From an uncultured Prevotellaceae bacterium (GTDB lineage Bacteria; Bacteroidota; Bacteroidia; Bacteroidales; UBA3663): a DNA stretch of 64,000 nt. Positions 47,329 to 56,030 of this stretch are shown here, in pieces (the first letter of the stretch is position 1; every line of letters starts with the position of its first letter). The notes beneath the pieces were generated by a model. It did not search any database. It saw nothing but the letters and a program-made list of their open reading frames with translations, and was not told the DNA's origin. Position numbers and translations under genes: made by a program. The stretch lies in the NCBI GenBank assembly GCA_900319235.1, contig ONNR01000008.1, positions 37,902-101,901 of the forward strand, in the 5' to 3' direction.

Positions 47329-47336
47329 TAACTTTG
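47329..47336 (+). promoter_or_regulatory. -7 box TAACTTTG
   Basis: TAnnTTTG 27 nt upstream of ATG 47363. Confidence 0.6.
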
Positions 47337-47362
47337 CAGCGCATAATTATTGCAGCGAAAAT

Positions 47363-48040
47363 ATGGATATTCAGCACTATTATATCGAGAAGGGACAGGG
47401 CGAGGAGACCATCATCCTGCTGCATGGCAATGGGGAGGACTGCACCTACTTTGTGGGGCAGATCGACGAGTTTGCCAGGCGATACCACGTGTATGCCATC
47501 GACACGCGCGGACATGGCAGGACACCGCGAGGCAACGCACCCTTCACCATCCGTCAGTTTGCCGATGACCTGCTCGAGTTTATGGACCTGCACCACATTG
47601 CGAAAGCCCACATCCTCGGCTTCTCGGATGGCGGCAACATCGCCATGATCTTCGCACTGCGGCATCCCGAACGCGTCGATAGGCTGATACTGAACGGTGC
47701 CAACCTCAATGCACGCGGCGTGAAGTTCCTGACGCAGTTCCCCATCGAAGTCGGTTACCGCATCGCCCGCCTGTCAGCAAGGTGGAGCGCTAAGGCCAAG
47801 GCAAACGCCGAGATGCTTGGTCTGATGGTGAACGACCCCAACGTTGCCCCTTCCGAACTCGCTGCCATCCGTGCCAGGACGCTGGTGATAGCGGGCACCC
47901 ACGATATGATAAAGGATGCCCACACGCGACTCATCGCGCGGAGCATCCCCAATGCTGAGCTCGTGCTGATCGATGGCTCCCATTTCATCGCCAATGAGAA
48001 GCCGGAGGAGTTCAATCGTGCCGTGCTCGCGTTTTTATAG
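47363..48040 (+). CDS. alpha/beta hydrolase
   Basis: LLHGNG, nucleophile elbow GFSDGG and C-terminal GSHF. 225 aa. Confidence 0.8.
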   Translation: MDIQHYYIEKGQGEETIILLHGNGEDCTYFVGQIDEFARRYHVYAIDTRGHGRTPRGNAPFTIRQFADDLLEFMDLHHIAKAHILGFSDGGNIAMIFALRHPERVDRLILNGANLNARGVKFLTQFPIEVGYRIARLSARWSAKAKANAEMLGLMVNDPNVAPSELAAIRARTLVIAGTHDMIKDAHTRLIARSIPNAELVLIDGSHFIANEKPEEFNRAVLAFL

Positions 48041-48042
48041 TG

Positions 48043-49413
48043 TTACTTGATCAGCACCTTGCGACCGTTGTGGATGTAGAGGCCCTTGGCAGCGGGCTTG
48101 GTTGTGAGGCGACGGCCATCGAGGGTGAACCAGGCATCGGAAGCTGGGATGTCGTTGTTGGAGTCGATGGTCGGGATGGCAACGGTAGTGTTGGCAATGT
48201 AGTCGGCCTCGAGAGCCCCGATCTTGCTGATGACATTCATGACGAAGAGCAAGGCTGCGTCGACGTGTCTGCCTTCGGAGGTATAGGTTTCGAGCTTGTC
48301 GTCGCCGATGCCGCATTTGTCACGCAGGAAGTCGCGCATGTGCTCCATGTTGAAGTAAGGCACCACCTCGTCGTCGGCTGAATGATAGAGGAAGAAGCGG
48401 GTGTCGGGATTGGGCGTCCAGTCGTAGCAGACGGAGTTGTCGTAGATAGCCTGGAAGTAGGAATCCATTGCGGGGTTGGTACGTGAGATGTTGTCGGTGC
48501 GAATCATCTTGTCGACCCGGATTCCGGTGGAGGGATTGCCGCCGATGCAAGCGAAGATGGAGTCGTTGATTTCGTCGGTGGTGAGCGCCTTGCTGTCGTT
48601 CCATTCGATGAGTTTGGTATCGAGGGGAGCGTAGAAGATGTCGCTATAGCTGATGTCGAGGTTTGCACCTTCGATCTGACCTTCGACGATGAGCGAGATG
48701 CCACACGGATAGGGGAAGGTAGCATCGGGAATGAGCAGCGTATCCATCATTGCCTTGAGGTCGTAGGGACCGTCGCCGCAGAGGGTATAGTCGATGCGGG
48801 AGATGACTGCGGGATCGACCTCGTGGGTGTCGAAATAGCGCTGAACGGCCATTGAGGAGTGTCCACCCTGCGAATAGCCGAACTGTGCAAAGAGGTCGGC
48901 GACGGAGTAACCCATCTTCTTGAGCAGACGGCGTGCGGCACCGACGGCATCGATGTGGTTGATGGCAGTGGCGTCGGCAATGAGGTAGGCCTGCGGCTTG
49001 TCATCGGTCACGCCAAAGCCGTAGCTGTCGGGGCTGACGATGATGAGGCTGGGGCCGAGGGTGGCGAAGGGGCCTTCGATCAGTGGGTTACTGTTGACGG
49101 TAGGCGCCTCGTCGCGCTTGGTGATGGTGAAGTGGTTGTTGAGCACGAGTCCGCTGGCGTTGAATTCCTTGCCAGCGATTTCGAGCATCGCAGTGCGCTC
49201 GAAGATGCGCTGGGGGAAGAAGAGAGCCGAGGAGAGTGTGACGGGTGTGACGCCGTCGGGGGCCACGCTCTCGTAGGTGTAGTTGACGCGATAGTAGGGC
49301 ATCGCGCCCATCATGTTGAACGTCATCAGCGTGGTGTCGGTGATGACTTCTTCGGCCGAAAGGCTCAGGGTGCACGCCATGAGGAGTGCGGAGAGGTAGA
49401 ATTTCTTGTTCAT
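48043..49413 (-). CDS. secreted lipase/esterase-like alpha/beta hydrolase with T9SS C-terminal sorting domain
   Basis: Signal peptide and nucleophile elbow GYSQGG. C-terminus WFTLDGRRL..KGLYIHNGRKVLIK. Confidence 0.7.
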   Translation of the reverse strand: MNKKFYLSALLMACTLSLSAEEVITDTTLMTFNMMGAMPYYRVNYTYESVAPDGVTPVTLSSALFFPQRIFERTAMLEIAGKEFNASGLVLNNHFTITKRDEAPTVNSNPLIEGPFATLGPSLIIVSPDSYGFGVTDDKPQAYLIADATAINHIDAVGAARRLLKKMGYSVADLFAQFGYSQGGHSSMAVQRYFDTHEVDPAVISRIDYTLCGDGPYDLKAMMDTLLIPDATFPYPCGISLIVEGQIEGANLDISYSDIFYAPLDTKLIEWNDSKALTTDEINDSIFACIGGNPSTGIRVDKMIRTDNISRTNPAMDSYFQAIYDNSVCYDWTPNPDTRFFLYHSADDEVVPYFNMEHMRDFLRDKCGIGDDKLETYTSEGRHVDAALLFVMNVISKIGALEADYIANTTVAIPTIDSNNDIPASDAWFTLDGRRLTTKPAAKGLYIHNGRKVLIK

Positions 49414-49548
49414 AAATAAAGTGTTTTATGAATTAGTTATACGCCGCAAAGATAAGCTTTTGGGGTGAGAATACCAAAATAATGATTAAAAAATAATGCC
49501 GAAAAGTGAAATATAATTATTTTTTATGGTTGATTGAATAAAAATCAG

Positions 49549-49556
49549 TATCTTTG
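49549..49556 (+). promoter_or_regulatory. -7 box TATCTTTG
   Basis: TAnnTTTG 29 nt upstream of ATG 49585. Confidence 0.6.
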
Positions 49557-49584
49557 CGCAGTTTTAACAATAAAGAAGAAAGTT

Positions 49585-49884
49585 ATGATTAAAATGTTTG
49601 TTATGCCGACTTGTCCATACTGCGACTATGTGGAGAAGCAGGTCGAAGGAAATCCTCGTTTTGAGGTGATTGACATTAGTAAACACGTCCACAACCTGCA
49701 AATGTTCATCGACTTGAGGGACAACAATCCTGCTTTCGATGAGGCAAAGAAGATTGGGGACATTGGTATTCCCTGCTATGTGCTTGAGGACGGCACGGTG
49801 ACACTTTCGTCGAAGGATGTTGGCCTGGAGCCCCTACCCGATGACTTTGGTGCCACCTGCAGCATTGACGGAAAGGGATGTTGA
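49585..49884 (+). CDS. glutaredoxin-like (thioredoxin-fold) protein
   Basis: The CPYC active site sits in MPTCPYCDY, followed by a GIPCY cis-Pro region. About 99 aa. Confidence 0.75.
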   Translation: MIKMFVMPTCPYCDYVEKQVEGNPRFEVIDISKHVHNLQMFIDLRDNNPAFDEAKKIGDIGIPCYVLEDGTVTLSSKDVGLEPLPDDFGATCSIDGKGC

Positions 49885-49892
49885 CGTCATTT

Positions 49893-49927
49893 TTAACACG
49901 AATTATCAGGAATTTACGTGAATCATT
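49893..49927. repeat. CACGAATTA-family word stutter
   Basis: ttaacacgaattatcaggaatttacgtgaatcatt fills the spacer between two co-directional genes. Confidence 0.6.
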
Positions 49928-50620
49928 ATGGGTATTACGCAACGTATATTTGCAGTTATGCTGGGACTGAGCGTCCTGACAGGCTGCAGTCAGAAGAACA
50001 ATCAAAACATTAACGAAGACATGAAGAATGAGAATGTGCAGGCCGTAGAAGGCCGCAAGAACTTTGGCACAAGCCAGGCATTGATGACCACGCCCCAACC
50101 GTGCGTGATGCTCGCCACGTGGGACAAGGACCACAATCCCGACGTGATGATGGCCGCGTGGGCAGGACAGTATGACTACAAGCAGATTGTTGTCAGCCTG
50201 AGCAAGCACAAGACCACCGACAACCTGGAACTCACAGGCGCCTTTACCGTCAGCTTTGCCGACGAGCGCACGGTGGCCGAGTCGGACTATTTCGGTCTTG
50301 TGAGCGGCAACGATGTGCCCGACAAGGTGGCCAGGGTAGGCTTTACGGTTACTCCCAGCCCCAATGTGGATGCCCCCATCATCAACGAGTATCCGCTGAC
50401 TTTGGAGTGCAAGGTGATCAGTTTTGCCGACGGTATTCTGGTTGGCGAAGTTGTGAACATGAGTGCCGACGAGAGCATCCTGGATGAAAAGGGGCGCGTC
50501 GATCTGGGCAAGCTCAAGCCAATCGTATTCGATGCCGCTGCTATGTGCTATCGTGCCATTGGCGACAGCGTCGGCCAGGCTTGGGGAGCTGGAAAGAAGT
50601 TTGCTGGACAACAGGAATGA
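49928..50620 (+). CDS. flavin reductase-like (FMN-binding split-barrel) protein with lipoprotein signal
   Basis: Lipobox VLTGC. The body resembles PF01613-type flavin reductase domains (..VMLATWD....N.M.AAW.G..). Confidence 0.65.
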   Translation: MGITQRIFAVMLGLSVLTGCSQKNNQNINEDMKNENVQAVEGRKNFGTSQALMTTPQPCVMLATWDKDHNPDVMMAAWAGQYDYKQIVVSLSKHKTTDNLELTGAFTVSFADERTVAESDYFGLVSGNDVPDKVARVGFTVTPSPNVDAPIINEYPLTLECKVISFADGILVGEVVNMSADESILDEKGRVDLGKLKPIVFDAAAMCYRAIGDSVGQAWGAGKKFAGQQE

Positions 50621-50750
50621 TAATCGGGACTTTAATTTAGAGAAGGTGAAAATGGCAGACAACCTCGGCCTCAATGGCCTGGTTGTTTTTGCCGGAAAAT
50701 GTGCTGCCTCAATGGCAGCAGAAAATTGCGCAAATGCTCAGAAAATAAAA

Positions 50751-50783
50751 CGGGCGGAGATGACATCGATTCATCCCCGCCCG
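50751..50783. terminator. bidirectional rho-independent terminator
   Basis: 13-bp stem CGGGCGGAGATGA / TCATCCCCGCCCG (1 mismatch). T-runs on both strands. Confidence 0.8.
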
Positions 50784-50790
50784 AAAATTT

Positions 50791-52611
50791 TTATCTGATT
50801 TGTATCTTCTTGACCAGAGGGCCCTGGCGCACGATATAGATGCCCGTGGGAAGAGCGTTGAGGTCGGTGCCGAGGGTTTGGCCACTGAGCGAATAGACGC
50901 TGTAGGGGCGGCTGAAGTCGATGTCGTCGGGGTCGGAATCGGAGATGATTGAGATGCTTTCGGGAACATAGGTGTAGCCCAGGCGATTGTCCATCCATTC
51001 GACGCGCTTTCGGATGAAGTCGCGCACATTCTCCACCTCGGCGGCATAACTGCCCCAGATCCTGGGGTTCTGGTGCACAATCTTCTTCATGATGGGCCAA
51101 CGGAGGAAGTTGAGTTCCTGCGACAGGAGGAGCTCCTCCTCCATCGAATCGACGAAGGCGACGAGATGTTCCTGGTCGATGCCATTGTGTCGAGCCTCGC
51201 CCCATATCGCGAGCAGCTGGTCCTTCGTGCTTTCGTTATTGATGATGATCTTATCGACAAAACTGCGCATATTGCCCGCACAGCTTCCTCCCGATCGATA
51301 GACGTAGTCGCTCATATCGTTGGGGTTCCTGATGCGCCCGTCGTTGTTGAAAGCGAGGTCGAAGTCCCAGACGGGACCTGTGTAGATGGTGTCGTTCAGA
51401 CGTTGCTTGTACATGAAGACGCTCCAATAGGTGTCGATGTTGCCCGAGAGTTCGCCCACGAGGAAATGTCGCAGGAAGGTGTTGAGGTCGAGGTAACTGC
51501 TCCAGTTGCTCTCCATCCTGTTGAAGTGATTGCGGATGTAGTTCTTCTGGACGGAGGTGATGCTGTCGCTATCGGGCGACTTGATGGTGACGGGCTTCCA
51601 CTGATTGGAGTAGAAATAGGATGCTTCGCGATCGGCATAAGCATCGATTTCGAAGAAGTAGCCGCCTGTGAGCGCATCGCCGCTATTGTCGCGCGGCGTC
51701 ATCTCCTCGATCTGGACACGATCCTTGTGAACCTGGATGTGGTCGCAAAGCTGGTAACAGCCCTTGTATTCGCCGTTGAGCAGCACATCGACGGCACGGC
51801 CGTAGGGAGTGTAGGGCATGCCCAACCGTCGACTCAATTCGAAGGCCAGCAGGTTGCGCATCAGCGTCTTGTCGCCATAATTGTTGATGAGTGTCCACTT
51901 TTTGGCGTGGGCAGGAGCATCGAGCACGTGCTGCTTCTTTTCGAACTTGATGCGCCAGGGCTTCTTGGGAAAATCGCGCGAAGCATTGCCGCGTTCGCGG
52001 ATGGTGCCGGGTTCGGAGAGCAGGGCATAAGAGCTGTCGCCGATGATGGTGAACTGCGCCTCTATTTCGTGCTCTTTATCGTAGGGAATTACCCCATCGA
52101 GGGTGTGGATGCTGACGGTGGGGAGGTTGGTGATGCGAGTGAGATTGGAATGGTCGCCCATGCCTTTATGGCCATAGAATTCGAGCTCAGCGACTTGAGA
52201 AAAACTGGTAGCCGGTCCTACATAGCGCACATAACGAAAACCTACGGAACAAGTGATCTCAGCATAATTCATCTCCCCCGGTTTGCCCACCTCGCCGACA
52301 CTTCTGATGATGTGAAGGGGCAAGGCATCCATAAAGTCGGGGCTATTGGCGCCTTCGAACACGCCGAGGATCATACGGCTGGGGACGTTGTCGCGCGGCA
52401 TCCACCCTACCCTGGTGATGACGTGACGTTCACCCAGGTCGAGGCCTGCCCAACCGTAGTTGAAGTTCGTGGCAGAGAAGTAAGTGCCAGGATTTCCGTC
52501 GAAAGCCTTGTCGGCGTTGTTGAGTACGGTTCCCGTCAACAGGTCATCTGCAGCCAGCGACACCATGCTGACTGCCCATAGAATGACCAATGATGTATAG
52601 AATCTTAACAT
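50791..52611 (-). CDS. CotH kinase family protein with N-terminal F5/8 type C (discoidin) domain and T9SS sorting domain
   Basis: Discoidin-like N-terminus (AFDGNPGTYF...VAELEFYG). CotH core homologous to 56031..58664. C-terminus VYSLSGQ...GIYIVRQGPLVKKIQIR. Confidence 0.85.
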   Translation of the reverse strand: MLRFYTSLVILWAVSMVSLAADDLLTGTVLNNADKAFDGNPGTYFSATNFNYGWAGLDLGERHVITRVGWMPRDNVPSRMILGVFEGANSPDFMDALPLHIIRSVGEVGKPGEMNYAEITCSVGFRYVRYVGPATSFSQVAELEFYGHKGMGDHSNLTRITNLPTVSIHTLDGVIPYDKEHEIEAQFTIIGDSSYALLSEPGTIRERGNASRDFPKKPWRIKFEKKQHVLDAPAHAKKWTLINNYGDKTLMRNLLAFELSRRLGMPYTPYGRAVDVLLNGEYKGCYQLCDHIQVHKDRVQIEEMTPRDNSGDALTGGYFFEIDAYADREASYFYSNQWKPVTIKSPDSDSITSVQKNYIRNHFNRMESNWSSYLDLNTFLRHFLVGELSGNIDTYWSVFMYKQRLNDTIYTGPVWDFDLAFNNDGRIRNPNDMSDYVYRSGGSCAGNMRSFVDKIIINNESTKDQLLAIWGEARHNGIDQEHLVAFVDSMEEELLLSQELNFLRWPIMKKIVHQNPRIWGSYAAEVENVRDFIRKRVEWMDNRLGYTYVPESISIISDSDPDDIDFSRPYSVYSLSGQTLGTDLNALPTGIYIVRQGPLVKKIQIR

Positions 52612-52662
52612 GACGTATCAATCATCAGGACTAAATATCCGATTTCCAGTTTCTTCGAGCCG

Positions 52663-52670
52663 CAAATTTA
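52663..52670 (-). promoter_or_regulatory. -7 box TAAATTTG
   Basis: TAnnTTTG on the minus strand, 52 nt upstream of ATG 52611. Confidence 0.5.
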
Positions 52671-52860
52671 TGTAAAACCGCTCAAAACCCCAAACTTTTG
52701 TCTCAAGTTTGTCGATGATGGACCAAATTCGATATTTCATGGTGACAAAAACCGAAATATTGCATGGTGAAGATGGCAATAATATGCTAAAATATAAAAT
52801 CTAGTGACTAAGTGTCGTCTTTTTTGTAGAAATAGCGTCGATTGTTTCGGGAAAAGTGAT

Positions 52861-52868
52861 TATCTTTG
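52861..52868 (+). promoter_or_regulatory. -7 box TATCTTTG
   Basis: TAnnTTTG 81 nt upstream of ATG 52949. Confidence 0.5.
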
Positions 52869-52948
52869 CATAAAGAAAACAGTTGTCAATTACCTCACCC
52901 ACTCTATTTTTTGATAATCCTAATACATATCTAATTCTAATAAACATC

Positions 52949-55567
52949 ATGAAACATCTTTCTACGTTTCTGGCTTTACTTTCGGCATTAACCGTAAATG
53001 TAGCCGTGGCTCAGGAAGTTAGCATCGATGAGGCACAAGGCCGTGCCGTCGATTTCCTGAAGAGCCAGACCGATGGCGCCAAGCGCGTCAAGGGGGCAGA
53101 CGTTGCCCCACATGTTTCGTTGGCCTATACCTCGAAGAGCGAGGACAAGACATGTTTCTACGTCTTCAATGCCGGTGAGGACGAGGGTTTCGTCATCGTC
53201 GGTGGTGACGAGGCTGCGCATGAGATTTTGGGTTATTGTGACCATGGCTCGTTCGATTATGACACTGCTCCTGCCAACTTAAAGTGGTGGCTGAGCCAGT
53301 ACACCGAGCAGATTGCCCATGCCGCAAAGGCTGGGGTTAAGGGTGCACGTAGAGCGAAGGCAGAAACGACGACACGAGCAGAAATAACTCCTTTGATAAG
53401 CACGAAGTGGGATCAAGATGCTCCCTATAATGGTTTGATTCCTAAATACACAAGTGGAAATAATGAATATTCTTTCATCACAGGATGTGTGGCAACGGCT
53501 ATGGCACAAGTGATGAAATACCATCACTTTACCCCTTTTGCTGGTGTTACTATACCAAGCTATAATAGTCTGATTACGTATCCAAACAGTAGCAAGGATG
53601 AAAAGATGGAGATACCAAGTATTACGGTTCCATCTAATTATTCATGGGATGCTATGTTAGATTTGTATCCATCGTCTTACGATCCTCAGAATGCCAATGA
53701 TGTTGCAGTAGCTGAGCTGATGTATCATGCAGGAGCTTCGGTGCTAATGAAGTATGGCACTATGCAAACCGGTGGTTCGAGCGCTAGTTCAGCAAAAATA
53801 CCTGGAGCTCTATCTTCATATTTCGGATACGACAAATCGGCGCACAATGAGTATAGAGGATGCTATTCGGATGAGGTGTGGGAAGACATGGTTTATGCAG
53901 AACTGTCAAATGGTAAGCCTGTACTATATAGCGGAAGTACAATAGAAGGTGCTGGTCATCAATTCATTTGTGACGGTTATAAAGATGTCGGTTATCATAT
54001 CAATTGGGGATGGAGCGGTGCTTATAATGGCTTTTTTCTGTTGACTCCATATAACAACACTCCCGCCTTAACTCCTGACGGTACTGGAAGTGGTGGTGGA
54101 GCTGCTGGATCATCATACGACCAAGGTCAACTGATTACTTTGGGACTGAAACAAAATGCAGGAGGTTCAGAAACTCCACATCTTGTTCAGATCACAGATA
54201 ATTCTACACTCACTACTCCAATGTATATGAAGGTAGGAAATGAACAAGTAAATAATTATACATACAATGTTTCTACCGACAATAGTCAGTGTTATCTTTC
54301 TACTACAATCTATAATATCAGTTGCCTTTCTAGCCAGTTTGACTATGGCGTTAAAGCAGTTAATAAGGAATCTGGCGAGGTAAAATATATACTATCACAA
54401 TATGAGGGTCAAAATTTAAGTGTTGGTAATTACTATAGTAGTCTGGTTAATCTTCATTTTACCCCATCCAACCTTACTGATGGCACATATCAGCTATTTC
54501 CTGCATTCAGAATGTATGGAAGTAGTGATTGGATGGATGTTCAGTTGAATTGTTCTGCTACTATTCCAGAAATAACGATAACAAGAGATGTGCAACCAAG
54601 CACACAACTGATTCAATTGACAAGGAGCCCGGAATTCAATAATGACAACAATCCATATTCCGGAGATCTTGTATTTAATATTTATTTTAGGATTAATGTT
54701 GCGGATGCTGGGAACGATAAAATTCCCTCAGTTTCTTTATATGCTAAAATAGATAAAGAAGATGGAACAAACGTAGCTAATCATACTATCAATTTTTCCA
54801 ATGTTCAACCAAATGCTAATTTAAGTGGTACAGTCAACTTATCAAGTTTGTCAGAATCACTAGTTACCAACAACAAATACACTTTGACATTCTTTTCTGA
54901 TGCAAGTTATACAGAATCACTTGGTGATAATTCTTCCATCGACTTCACTTATCGTGAAGGATTAACTGTATATTACGGCGTAAGTCCTGCTGGATACGGC
55001 ACACTCATCTTGCCATTCAATGCTAAGGTGCCCGAAGGTATGACTCTCTATAGTTGCGATTTGACTGATAATAATAATGCTATTTTATTGTCTCCATTGA
55101 CAACAACTGTTATCGAACGCAACAAGCCCTACATCGTAAAGGCAAATTATGATTCTAATGATCCTAGTCCTTATTCGTTTACAGGCCCCAAGGCAATAGA
55201 TGATGACCATCTATTCGTAGATGGCTTCTTGTGTGGAGCAGTGGCTAACGATGTGCCACTTACCCATAATGATTATATTTTGCAATATAATTCTGAGACT
55301 CAAACCGCTGGATTCTATTTGTACGTCAGCGAAACTGAAAATCGCAAAGCAGCACCTTATCGTGCGTTTTTACGTATTCAGAATCGTAATTTGGCACCTC
55401 CTGTTCTACCTAATGAAGAGCCAGAAAGCATCGAGGAAATACGGATGAACCACAGCATTCCTGCCGGCATCTACTCGCTCGACGGCAAACGCCAATCGGA
55501 GCTGAAGAAGGGTCTGAATGTGATTATCCTCGACGATGGAACTTCTAAAAAAGTATATGTCAAATAA
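52949..55567 (+). CDS. C10-family (streptopain-like) cysteine peptidase with Spi-type propeptide, a long C-terminal extension and a T9SS sorting domain
   Basis: Signal peptide and pro-region VSIDEAQGRAVDFL. Catalytic Cys in TGCVATAMAQVMKYHHF and catalytic His in AGHQFICDGY..YHINWGWSG. C-terminus GIYSLDGKR...KKVYVK. Confidence 0.85.
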   Translation: MKHLSTFLALLSALTVNVAVAQEVSIDEAQGRAVDFLKSQTDGAKRVKGADVAPHVSLAYTSKSEDKTCFYVFNAGEDEGFVIVGGDEAAHEILGYCDHGSFDYDTAPANLKWWLSQYTEQIAHAAKAGVKGARRAKAETTTRAEITPLISTKWDQDAPYNGLIPKYTSGNNEYSFITGCVATAMAQVMKYHHFTPFAGVTIPSYNSLITYPNSSKDEKMEIPSITVPSNYSWDAMLDLYPSSYDPQNANDVAVAELMYHAGASVLMKYGTMQTGGSSASSAKIPGALSSYFGYDKSAHNEYRGCYSDEVWEDMVYAELSNGKPVLYSGSTIEGAGHQFICDGYKDVGYHINWGWSGAYNGFFLLTPYNNTPALTPDGTGSGGGAAGSSYDQGQLITLGLKQNAGGSETPHLVQITDNSTLTTPMYMKVGNEQVNNYTYNVSTDNSQCYLSTTIYNISCLSSQFDYGVKAVNKESGEVKYILSQYEGQNLSVGNYYSSLVNLHFTPSNLTDGTYQLFPAFRMYGSSDWMDVQLNCSATIPEITITRDVQPSTQLIQLTRSPEFNNDNNPYSGDLVFNIYFRINVADAGNDKIPSVSLYAKIDKEDGTNVANHTINFSNVQPNANLSGTVNLSSLSESLVTNNKYTLTFFSDASYTESLGDNSSIDFTYREGLTVYYGVSPAGYGTLILPFNAKVPEGMTLYSCDLTDNNNAILLSPLTTTVIERNKPYIVKANYDSNDPSPYSFTGPKAIDDDHLFVDGFLCGAVANDVPLTHNDYILQYNSETQTAGFYLYVSETENRKAAPYRAFLRIQNRNLAPPVLPNEEPESIEEIRMNHSIPAGIYSLDGKRQSELKKGLNVIILDDGTSKKVYVK

Positions 55568-55585
55568 TCTATAATTTAGAATGTT

Positions 55586-55759
55586 ATGAAAAAGCAATAT
55601 AATACCCCAAAACTTGATGTAGTCAATTTGGAGCTTAATGATATAGTAACTCAATCGAATGGAGGTGAAACATTGGGTGTTTCTGCAACCGGTTATACCT
55701 CAGGAGCTACTCAATGGGGCAAGCGCCGTCCGGACATCTGGGGAGAGGACGAAGACTAA
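55586..55759 (+). CDS. small ORF (57 aa), below the track threshold; paralog of 58692..58853
   Basis: MKKQYNTPKLDVVNLELNDIVTQSNGGETLGVSATGYTSGATQWGKRRPDIWGEDED. Starts 19 nt after the C10 stop and is followed by a terminator. Confidence 0.45.
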   Translation: MKKQYNTPKLDVVNLELNDIVTQSNGGETLGVSATGYTSGATQWGKRRPDIWGEDED

Positions 55760-55782
55760 TTCGAAATAACTACCCTATCAAT

Positions 55783-55817
55783 AAGCCTTGGCCGATTGTG
55801 GTCAAGGCTTTATTTTG
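55783..55817 (+). terminator. rho-independent terminator (copy 1 of a near-identical pair)
   Basis: AAGCCTTGGCC-GATTGT-GGTCAAGGCTT, then TATTTTG. Confidence 0.8.
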
Positions 55818-55926
55818 CGTTCAAAAATTGTTCGACAAACATGGCAAAAATAAAATATAGAAATATTTTAGAGAAACAATAGTGAATTTTTTGGTGTTTG
55901 AATTTGTTTAATTCAGAAAAAAGTTG

Positions 55927-55934
55927 TATTTTTG
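55927..55934 (+). promoter_or_regulatory. -7 box TATTTTTG
   Basis: TAnnTTTG 97 nt upstream of ATG 56031. Confidence 0.45.
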
Positions 55935-56030
55935 CAAAGTTATGTTCGAAAATTCGGAAACTAGCCTATTGTAAAAGGTATCGAATCACAGAATATGGTT
56001 GTAAGTATATTTTATTTTAGAAAGAACTGA

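Noticed and set aside
50652-50798. A 48-aa ORF (MADNLGLNGLVVFAGKCAASMAAENCANAQKIKRAEMTSIHPRPKIFI) preceded by a GAAGGTGA-like sequence in the spacer after the flavin reductase gene.
   Set aside because: Its 3' half is simply the bidirectional terminator hairpin read as codons. There is no -7 box upstream, and no paralog or motif supports it.
52729-52770. Direct repeat ATATTTCATGGTGA / ATATTGCATGGTGA, 25 nt apart, in the divergent promoter region between CotH-2 and the C10 peptidase. I considered it as an operator for the nearby AraC-type protein.
   Set aside because: There are only two short copies. There is no palindromy and no third occurrence near the other island promoters. The evidence is too weak to report as a regulatory site.
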